From contig CBDCVR010000002.1 in the NCBI GenBank assembly GCA_965223155.1, positions 1-15,805 of the forward strand: a stretch of 15,805 nt of DNA. Direction: 5' to 3'. Under the pieces are notes generated by a model. The model saw only the letters and a program-made list of their open reading frames with translations. It had not been told where the DNA came from and did not search any database. The translations under genes were made by a program, and so were the position numbers. This DNA comes from Candidatus Multivoradales bacterium (GTDB taxonomy: Bacteria; Acidobacteriota; Thermoanaerobaculia; Multivoradales; JAHEKO01). Of this stretch, positions 8,101 to 15,805 are shown piece by piece. Positions within the stretch are counted from its first letter, which is position 1, and every line of letters starts with the position of its first letter.

Positions 8101-8456
8101 ACTTCGGCGTTCGGAGTGAACCCCAAGAAATGCAATGGGTGCTCCGGCGCGCTCAGCGAAAATGGGTGCGGATCCCACCTGCTTTTGGCATAGCACTACC
8201 AATCCCGACCGGCAGTTGTGACTGCTTCTATGTTCCGAGAGGCCTCATTCAGCCCCATCAGCGAGTAGAGCGGTGGAAGCGTCGTCTGGAATGCGACGGC
8301 TGCCCCGCCGGAGAAGAAACGCGGCTACGGGATGCAGCAGAACCGGAAAGTCAGTGGGAAGACAGAGTTCCTGTCCTACCTGCGAATGGTGTTCGGAAGA
8401 CGACTGCTCCGGGCTGTCTTTGCCAACCAATTCTGACTGAAGCCCCGCCGTCATGA
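5130..8456 (+). CDS. 5'-truncated (orphan) Rhs/YD-repeat cassette with an unrecognised Cys/Pro-rich C-terminal toxin
   Basis: Many YD repeats, a complete core terminus (DHLGTP, RFPGQW, DPLGL at 7995-8009) and a 148-aa tail. DNA homology to the long copy begins abruptly at 5106 (equivalent to 11518), so the GTG at 5130 is an internal Val codon. Confidence 0.92.
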   Translation: MTSIAGDCPACGLGPNSQLVYDDPDHPLLPTRSIDGRGTVTAMAYDANGRMTSRTEALGTPEERTTAWSYDDPAFPAVATTIEEPSTTAGASGASGASRTTTLVLGADGHPTTRTVSGVEAASAFSLTTTTTYTAEGQIETIDPPGFGTDDVTVFTYDPARGGQIPLSRTDPVLGSLPNGGATTYAYDPFNRRTSVTDPNGVETVTAYDAADRVTFVTHKGTTAAEDLVTENRYNAFGDLALTILPQGNAIEYAYDSAGRLTSIGRGPAPGALLERTLYELDAAGNRTRETLQGFDGSAWTTASETAYLYDSRCQLDKIVRAPGTPQEAVTEYRYDCNGNLESLWDANHSSASDPPTQSYTYDRLDRLTGIDQPWATGQPGEMATTTYAYDVQDHLVAVTDAEGNTTAYVYSDRDLLTRQDSPVSGASTFAYNDHGELVSETDGRGVTTTRTIDAARRVTFVDSEENALDTAYTYDDPAVAFSAGRLTAISRNGHSIDYAYDRFGRTIQDGTLAYAYDTNGNRTAVTYPGGVTATTTHDYADREETLAVTDGGSGGGTTNLVTAAAYLPSGPLTSLALGNGLAETRSFDSRYFPAGITVPGRLDWTYSTDTIGNILEIADTGGGGDRTYTYQDVHYFLTSGTGPWGSLAFTYDKIGNRLSETRDAGGSPQNRPYAYPASPSGGNLPKLASITDPAGDRLERFFFDDAGNQTYRATQTAKHRLSYDALGRMSQIKTDSDETAGALVTLAYDGRSFLREATRSPFPGQPATVTTNPTYSSDGRLMHKATSEVLGPDDPRGEGSATSDAYVLYFAGRPAGILDNETVIPLGGPPTSTSTLTYLTTDHLGTPVLATDASGASTWSGGFEPFGDDWQAQAGTGASEAGVFLRFPGQWDDAAWGGAGAGAGAASASDPGLYYNVHRWYEPGTGRYGRVDPLGLVADIHLYRYAKQDPLTWIDPLGLQLVKPPDIPYFEPPGDNLPPNCSAGPWVFDDFGVRSEPQEMQWVLRRAQRKWVRIPPAFGIALPIPTGSCDCFYVPRGLIQPHQRVERWKRRLECDGCPAGEETRLRDAAEPESQWEDRVPVLPANGVRKTTAPGCLCQPILTEAPPS
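5397..5423 (+). repeat. 9-bp tandem repeat GGAGCCAG(T/C) x3, encoding GAS x3
   Basis: Three units here versus one unit at the homologous site 11809-11817. Confidence 0.9.
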
Positions 8457-9232
8457 AGCGAATCTGTCTCAGCATAGCTCTTCTCGCTACCTTGTTGACC
8501 TGGGGTTGTGAGCGCCCAGGGCCATCGCAAGCAACCTCCGCGCCCTCCTACAAGCTCGGCGACAAGGCCCCTCTCGAACTGAGTTCCTTCCCGTCCGGCG
8601 TCTGGCCTCGTGCAGCAAGTCTCTTTGAGAGCTTTTGGAATGGAGATCGCGCAGCGGGGAGGTCGCTCACCCAACTTTACGAGGAGAAGGGATTCGTCAC
8701 GTCCGCCGCGGTCATCGCGTTTGCGCTCGACCAAGAGCTTCCCGGTCAACTAAGTCCTCGTTTCATGTGGTCTGAGAAGTCCTTCACCCCTGAAGTCGAG
8801 TCGATCCAGCGCCAGGGGGCTCGGAGAATCTCAAGAGCTGTGTGGAATTCTGAGTTCGATGATGCCGTTGCTCTCGGCGAAGAGCTACTGAGACCCGGGG
8901 AGACCATTCTCCAGATTCCTGTCGAGTGGGCAACTGCAGCCTTTGCTCAGGCAGCCGCAACCCACGGCCTGAACTCGGTCAACTTCTCTCGGCTGGAAGC
9001 AGCCTTCCGAACGTACACTACTCTGGTGGGTGAAACGGCTACGATACCGATCAGTCTTCGAGGGAATAAAGACATCTGGGCTTGGATTTCCTTGTCCACT
9101 GCGTTGGCAGATCTCTCTCAGCCCAAGATGGCTGCTGCCGTTCTTGCCGTTGGCGTGTCGTTGAACGAAGATTCTGATCGCTCTCTCAAGAAGAGGGTGC
9201 AGAAACGAATTCGGCAACTCCTAGAGACTTGA
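8453..9232 (+). CDS. Putative cognate immunity lipoprotein, alpha-helical
   Basis: ATGA overlap with the toxin stop. MKRICLSIALLATLLTWGC signal peptide with a lipobox-like Cys. Confidence 0.78.
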   Translation: MKRICLSIALLATLLTWGCERPGPSQATSAPSYKLGDKAPLELSSFPSGVWPRAASLFESFWNGDRAAGRSLTQLYEEKGFVTSAAVIAFALDQELPGQLSPRFMWSEKSFTPEVESIQRQGARRISRAVWNSEFDDAVALGEELLRPGETILQIPVEWATAAFAQAAATHGLNSVNFSRLEAAFRTYTTLVGETATIPISLRGNKDIWAWISLSTALADLSQPKMAAAVLAVGVSLNEDSDRSLKKRVQKRIRQLLET

Positions 9233-9283
9233 CGACGAGCGATCGTCGAGGTCTGCTCGCAAAGCCTTGTGCACCCCAAGGAG

Positions 9284-9584
9284 CGGAACCCCCCAGGAGG
9301 CCATCACCGAGTACCGCTACGACTGCAACGGCAACCTCGAGTCCCTCTGGGACGCCAACCACGACTCCGCCTCCGACCCCCCGACCCAGAGCTACACCTA
9401 CGATCGGCTCGACCGCCTGACCGCCATCGCCCAGCCCTGGGCAACTGGGCAACCAGGAGAGATGGCCACCACCACCTACGCTTTATGGAACACGTTCCAG
9501 GACTGCAATCAGAAATGTGGCAAGCTATGCGGCCCGGATGAGCCTTGCTCAGATCAATTTCAGTCAGTAGCTGCAGGCAACTGA
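9284..9584 (+). pseudogene. Internally deleted Rhs cassette: 198-bp core fragment fused to a Cys-rich toxin tail
   Basis: 9284-9481 aligns with 6098-6295 (GTPQEA...MATTTYA). It then continues in frame into unrelated LWNTFQDCNQKCGKLCGPDEPC...-stop. Confidence 0.8.
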
Positions 9585-9587
9585 CAA

Positions 9588-9851
9588 ATGCGTGCTCGAC
9601 CTGCTTCTTGGCTGTCTCCACGAAGTGCTGTTGTTGTGCTTGTCCTTGTATTCCTCGCCGGCTGTTGGTGGCGTATGGGACTGCTAGAGAAGGCTCTCGT
9701 CCTTCGCGATGTGGTCGGCATTGAAGTGGAGAAGCTGGACACAGCGCTGGATCGCGTGTGGTTTGTGGTTGGCTCGCCTTTGGCGTTCCTGGCTATTGGC
9801 CTGGCACTCTTGGGACTAGCGCACATCCTGCTTCGTGTTCTGTCTAGATAA
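9588..9851 (+). CDS. Small 2-TM protein, probable immunity protein of the deleted cassette
   Basis: Starts 3 nt after the remnant's stop. Two hydrophobic helices, the first ending in FLAGC. Confidence 0.6.
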   Translation: MRARPASWLSPRSAVVVLVLVFLAGCWWRMGLLEKALVLRDVVGIEVEKLDTALDRVWFVVGSPLAFLAIGLALLGLAHILLRVLSR

Positions 9852-9880
9852 GCGTCGCTGCTCGTGGAGTGATGCTCTTT
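9851..9880 (+). terminator. Possible intrinsic terminator or hairpin
   Basis: AGCGTCGCT/AGTGATGCT 9-bp stem with two G-U pairs, followed by only CTTT (weak U tract). Confidence 0.3.
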
Positions 9881-9987
9881 AGGTGAGGCCCGACATGCTG
9901 AGATGTCTAGGCCTTCGAGTTGCATCGATCTCGAAAAGGCTGCTCAACCATCGACCGACCATCCCATCCGCCACCTCAATCGTCGAA

Positions 9988-12900
9988 TTGCGTTTCCGCG
10001 AACGCGCCGGCCGGCGCCGCCAGGCGGCCCGGCTGTTGCTCCTCGCGGCGAGCGGGATCGCCTTCCTCTGGGCCACCCCGGCGGCGGCCCAGAACAACTG
10101 CTTCGGGGACGTCACCTGGGGCGGCGACGTCGACTCGACGATCGCAAAGCCCGAGAACTGCACCGCGGACACCCGCTGCTATCCACCCGAGCTTGCCGGC
10201 TCGGGAGTTTCGTTCGCTCCGGGCTGCGACCCATCGGCCGGGCCCTGCGACGTCACCGTCACGGCCCAGCTCCGCTTCCCCGGCAACCGGGACAACGAAG
10301 ACTTCGTCGATGCCTCGGGCCTCGCCTACAGCTTCGCGACCTTTGCCGTCTTCGACAACACCGGCTCCGGCGTCGGCGGCTGCGGTGTTGCCGGCGCGGT
10401 CATCCAATGGGACACCGGCACCGCGACCATCCGCGGCCAGGCCAAGAAGGGCGACATCTTCACCATCGTCGCCCGCGCCTGCCCGTGCTCGCCCGAAGGC
10501 CTCTGCCCCCTGTGCGAGAAGACCGAGTCCTTCGTCATCCCGATCGGCAGCCCGCCGCCCCAGGACGACTGCGACGACTGCAAGGCCTGCCCGCTGCCGG
10601 GCGCTTCGGCCGGCGGCGGCGGGCCCAAAGGGACCACCGAAACCAACTCCGGCCCCGAGACGCTCGTCTACTACACCGCCGGCGGCACGGGCGCGCCCGG
10701 CACCCCCGGCGCCGACGAGCACGCGGCCACTCTCGGCCACGGCTTTGCCCACAACTTCTCCGAGCGGCTCGTCGCCGTCCCCGACGACCCGTACGACAGC
10801 GACCGCATCTGGATGCTGACCCGCAAGGGCACCTTCCGCCAGTTCTGGAACCTCCAGGGCGGCGAGTACCTGGGCACCGCGCCCTCGGACGAGTACCGCA
10901 CGCTCTTTGCCACGGCCGCGGGCTACGAGCTTCGCGGCCTCGACGGCACGGTCCAGAGCTTCGATGCCGCCGGCGTCTGGACCGGCACGGCCGACGCCTC
11001 GGGCAACGCCACGACCCCTGCCTACGACGCCTCCGGTCTTCTCACCGCGGTCGCTCTCCCCGACGGCAGACAAGAGACCTTCACCTACCACCCGGCCGGC
11101 TCCGGCCAGGACGGCAAGCTTGCCTCGATTGCCGAGGTCGGCATCGACGGCACCTCGACCCTGACCTGGACCTACACCTGGTCCGGAGACACCCTCGTCC
11201 GGATCGACGCCCCGGACGGCACCGCTCTCGCCTACGGCTACGACGACCCGCGCCACCCGGGCTTTCGAACTCTGACCGAACGGATCGGCACCGACGCGAG
11301 CCGCCGCGTCGAGCGCGGCTACGCCTACGACGACGAGGGCAACGTCGTCCAGACCTGGAGAGGCGATACCGTCCCCGCCGTTGCCGGAGTGAGCGCTTCG
11401 CTGCCCGGATCGAACGCTGTCGATCACGAGACCTTCGCCTTCGACGACCCGGTCAACCCGACCGTCACCACCAGGACCGACGCTCTCGGCAAGATCGCGA
11501 CCTACGCCATCGGCCGCGACCCTTCGAGCGGCAAGGCCCGCGTGACCTCGATTGCGGGCGACTGCCCGGCCTGCGGCCTCGGTCCCAACAGCCAGCTCCT
11601 CTACGACGACCCGGACCATCCGCTGCTTCCCACTCGCTCGATCGACGGCCGCGGCACGGTCACCGCCATGACCTACGACGGCAACGGCAGGATGACCTCG
11701 CGCACGGAGGCCCTCGGCACCCCCGAGGAGCGCACCACGACCTGGAGCTACGACGATCCCGCCTTCCCGGCCGTCGCGACCACCATCGAGGAGCCCTCCA
11801 CAACTGCTGGAGCCAGCCGCACCACCACCCTCGTTCTCGGCGCCGACGGCCACCCCACCACCCGCACCGTCTCAGGGGTCGAGGCCGCTAGCGCCTTCTC
11901 GCTGACCACCACCACCACCTACACCCCCGAGGGCCAGGTCGCAACGATCGATCCCCCCGGCTTCGGCTCCGACGACGTCACCGGCTTGACCTACGACCCC
12001 GCCCGCGGAGGCCAGATCCCGCTTTCCCGCACCGACCCGATCGTCGGAAGCCTTCCCAACGGCGGCGCCACCACCTTCGGCTACGACCCCTTCAACCGCA
12101 GGACCTCGGTCACCGACCCCAACGGGCTCGAGACCGTCACCGCCTACGATGCCGCCGACCGCGTGACCTCCGTCATCCAGAAGGGCGCGACCGCCGCCGA
12201 GGATCTCGTCACCGTCCATCAGTACACCGCCTTCGGCGACTTGGAGCGCACCATCCTCCCCGAAGGCAACGCCATCGAGTACGCCTACGACTCCGCCGGA
12301 CGCCTGACCTCGATCGGGCGCGGCCCCGCCCCCGGGGCCCTCCTCGAAAGAACCCTCTACGAGCTCGACGCCGCCGGCAACCGCACCCGCGAGACGCTCC
12401 AGGGCTTCGACGGCTCGGCCTGGACCACCGCCTCCGAGACCGCCTACCTCTACGACTCCCGATGCCAGCTCGACAAGATCGTCCGCGCCCCCGGAACCCC
12501 CCAAGAAGCCGTCACCGAGTACCGCTACGACTGCAACGGCAACCTCGAATCCCTCTGGGACGCCAACCACTCCTCGGCCTCCGATCCCCCGACCCAGAGC
12601 TACACCTACGACCGCCTGGACCGGTTGACCGGGATCGACCAGCCCTGGGCAACTGGGCAACCAGGAGAGATGGCAACCACCACCTACGCCTACGACGTCC
12701 AGGACCACCTCGTTGCCGTCACCGACGCCGAGGGCAACACCACCGCCTACGTCTACTCCGACCGGGATCTTCTGACCCGCCAGGACTCCCCCGTCTCCGG
12801 GGCCTCGACCTTTGCCTACAACGACCACGGCGAGCTCGTCTCCGAAACCGACGGCCGCGGGGTCACCACCACCCGAACCGTCGATGCCCTAGACCGGGTG

Positions 12901-14801
12901 ACCTTCGTCGATTCCGAAGAGAACGCCCTCGATACCGCCTACACGTACGACGAGGCCCGCCGTTGCCTTCTCGGCGGGCAGGCTCACGGCCATCACCCGA
13001 GACACCCAGTCGATTGACTACGCCTACGACCGCTTCGGACGCACCATCCAGGACGGCACCCTCGCCTACGCCTACGACACGAACGGCAACCGCACCGCAG
13101 TCACCTACCCAGGCGGCGTCGCCGCCACGACCACCCACGACTACGCCGACCGGGAGGAGACCCTGGCCGTCACGGATGGCGCAACCTCGACCAACCTCGT
13201 GACCGCCGCCACCTACCTTCCCTCAGGCCCGCTCACCTCCCTCGCCCTCGGCAACGGCTTGGCCGAGACCCGATCCTTCGACTCGAGGTACTTCCCGGCA
13301 GGCATCACCGTCCCCGGACGACTCGACTGGACCTACTCGACCGACACGATCGGCAACATCCTAGAGATCGCTGACACCGGAGGCGGCGGCGACCGCACCT
13401 ACACCTACCAGGACGTCCACTACTTCTTGACTTCAGGCACCGGACCCTGGGGCAGCCTGGCCTTCACCTACGACAAGATCGGCAACCGGTTGTCTGAGAC
13501 CCGAGACGCCGGCGGCTCTCCCCAGAACCGGCCCTACGCCTACCCGGCTTCGCCTTCCGGAGGCAACCTCCCCAAGCTCGCTTCGATCACGGACCCCGCG
13601 GGAGACCGTCTCGAGCGCTTCTTCTTCGACGATGCCGGAAACCAGACCTACCGTGCCACTCAGACCGCCAAGCACCGGCTGAGCTACGATGCCCTGGGAC
13701 GGATGAGCCAGATCAAGACCGACTCGGACGAGACCGCCGGGGCCCTCGTCACCCTCGCCTACGACGGCAGGAGCTTCCTCAAGGAGGCGGCGAGAAGCCC
13801 CTTCCCCGGCCAGCCCGCAACCGTCACCACCAACCCCACCTACAGCTCCGACGGGCTTCTCATGCACAAGGCCACCAGCGAGGTGCTGGGACCGGACGAC
13901 CCGAGAGGCGAGGGCACCGCCACCAGCGACACCTACGTCCTCTACTTCGCCGGCAGGCCCGTCGGCATCCTCGAGAACGAGACCGTGACCGACTTGGACG
14001 GCGGCACCTCCTCGAGCTCGACGTTGACGTACCTCACCACCGACCACCTCGGCACCCCCGTCTTGGCGACCGATGAAACGGGGACTACCACCTGGGCCGG
14101 AGGCTTCGCACCCTTTGGAGCAGACTGGCAGGCCGAGACGGGTACCGGGGCGAGTGACGCCGGAGTCTTCCTGCGCTTCCCCGGCCAGTGGGACGACCCG
14201 GCCTGGGGTGGGGCCGGGACGGCGGGCACTAGCGCCTCAGACCCGGGCTTCTACTACAACGTCCACAGGTGGTATGAGCCGGGGACGGGGAGGTACGGGA
14301 GGGTTGATCCGTTGGTTCGATTCTCAGAGCTACCAGACTACTACGTCTACGCTGGCGCCGAGCCCCTTACATCAATAGATCCGCTCGGTCTCCTTAGGGT
14401 CGACTGCGAAAGTTGCGAGAAGATCCAGAGGGCAAGAGAGAATGTAGCGAAGCGAATCTTCCTTCTCCGCACTACAGGCACTGCGATCGATCCCTCCGGA
14501 ACCAACGTGCCGACAGCCGTTACGAATTGTGCAGAAATTCGCGTCGGCAGTGCTTCTCTTACCGACACCTTCACACAGCGACAGGAAGGTAGATTCCCGG
14601 AGTCTCCCTGTGTCTTTCTATGCACCGGAGTCCACGAACGGGTCCATCGTCGAGCGTGCACACAACTCGGCGCATCTGTCTACAATGGCCTGACAGAGAG
14701 CGAGAGAGAGCTTCCCGCCTACAACGAGCAGCTCAAGTGTTTGTTGGCTGCTTGCAGCTGGCAGCAGCTTAGGCCTTACCCGAGCGGGAGTAACTCCATG
14801 A
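9988..14801 (+). pseudogene. Full-length Rhs toxin gene with signal peptide and HExxH C-terminal toxin, frameshifted as sequenced
   Basis: ORFs 9883-13017 and 13199-15259 join into one frame if one G at 12954/12955 is removed (GAG-G-CCC versus GAC-CCC in the 5130 copy). The N-terminus RERAGRRRQAARLLLLAASGIAFLWATPAAA-Q is a signal peptide. DPLGL is at 14378-14392 and HERVH at 14633-14647. The start (TTG 9988) and the end (TGA 14801) are inferred. Confidence 0.82.
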
Positions 14802-15259
14802 GATCTCGAACAGTGCAACTAGTCGTTGTCGTTCTTGCATGCCTGACTTTCCCCGCACTATCCTGCTTCCGCGACACAGCGACACAACGATCGGGCTCTA
14901 CTCCACGTGGACAGCGAACGGATGTCTTTGGTGCGTCCGAGTCTAGAGGCCCTTCACCAGAGATTGACGCGTTGGAGATACCTAGGCTCGAGTACGAGCC
15001 GGACATGCTTGCTGTGTTGGTCGCCAGCATACAAGCAACTGTAGGGGGGCGGGCAATCGAGGTTAGGTACAAGGTGCTCGAAGACGGCTCCGTCCGTGAT
15101 TGCTCGGTCGTACGCGTCGGTGGATCAGAAGATCTGATCTCAGAACTGTCGGCGAACGACAGAGACCGCCTCTGTAGAGCCGTTGAGCTAAGACGGTACG
15201 CAGCACCACCAGAAATGCTCACGGTTAGCTTCCAATTCGGCACGCCAGCATACGGCTAG
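14798..15259 (+). CDS. Putative immunity lipoprotein with a TonB-C-terminal-like region, in frame with the toxin as sequenced
   Basis: GGGAG lies 7 nt before ATG 14798. MRSRTVQLVVVVLACLTFPALSC signal peptide. IEVRYKVLEDGSVRDCSVV resembles the TonB_C pattern by eye. Confidence 0.68.
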   Translation: MRSRTVQLVVVVLACLTFPALSCFRDTATQRSGSTPRGQRTDVFGASESRGPSPEIDALEIPRLEYEPDMLAVLVASIQATVGGRAIEVRYKVLEDGSVRDCSVVRVGGSEDLISELSANDRDRLCRAVELRRYAAPPEMLTVSFQFGTPAYG

Positions 15260-15284
15260 ATCTACAACCCCTTCAATTCTGACC

Positions 15285-15805
15285 GCCGAGACCCGATCCT
15301 TCGATGCCCGGTACTTCCCGGCAGGCATCGCCGTCCCCGGACGACTCGACTGGACCTACTCGACCGACACGATCGGCAACATCCTAGAGATCGCAGACTC
15401 AGGAGGCGGCGGCGACCGCACCTACACCTACCAGGACGTCCACTACTTCTTGACTTCAGGCACCGGCCCCTGGGGCGCTCTCGCCTTCACCTACGACAAG
15501 ATCGGCAACCGGTTGTCTGAGACCCGGGACGCCGGCGGCTCTCCCCAGAACCGGCCCTACGCCTACCCGGCTTCGCCTTCCGGAGGCAACCTCCCCAAGC
15601 TCGCTTCGATCACGGACCCCGCGGGAGACCGTCTCGAGCGCTTCTTCTTCGACGACGCCGGCAACCAGACCTACCGCTCGACTCAGACCGCCAAGCACCG
15701 GCTGAGCTACGATGCTCTGGGACGGATGAGCCAGATCAAGACCGACTCGGACGAAACCGCGGGGGCTCTCGTCACCCTCGCCTACGACGGCAGGAGCTTC
15801 CTCCG
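15285..15805 (+). pseudogene. Start of another orphan Rhs cassette, running off the window
   Basis: Near-identical to 13262 onward (AETRSFD...LAYDGRSFL). It begins 25 nt after the preceding stop with no canonical start codon. Confidence 0.88.

Noticed and set aside
11359-11367. RGD tripeptide in the Rhs protein
   Set aside because: A single occurrence inside YD repeats is expected by chance.
9903-12828. Overlapping ORFs 9903-11891, 9920-10819, 9976-11853 and 11872-12828
   Set aside because: The same shadow effect over the real rhs frame, with no recognisable domains.
5130-15805. CRISPR array or DGR template/variable repeat pair
   Set aside because: The repeats are long coding paralogues with mostly synonymous differences that are not adenine-specific. 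There is no repeat-spacer periodicity and no reverse transcriptase or cas gene.

Overview
GC-rich Rhs/YD-repeat polymorphic toxin locus on the + strand. It holds one near-full-length rhs gene with a signal peptide (about 9988-14801, broken by a +1 frameshift at 12955 and fused in frame to its immunity gene) and four partial copies of the same core (1-433, 5106-8009, 9284-9481, 15285-end). There are three different C-terminal toxins, two with HExxH motifs, each paired with a lipoprotein-type immunity gene, plus a run of orphan immunity-like genes. An IS110-family, IS1111-group element (2115-3476, minus strand) sits in the orphan region. It has a DEDD/Ser recombinase, 14-bp sub-terminal inverted repeats and a TCT core at both ends. 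Its ~250-nt non-coding end folds into two stem/internal-loop/stem units. One loop matches both halves of the element's own reconstructed insertion site, and the other partly matches its end junction. This reads as an RNA-guided (bridge/seek RNA) recombinase whose target can be read directly from the window. All alignments and folds were done by eye.
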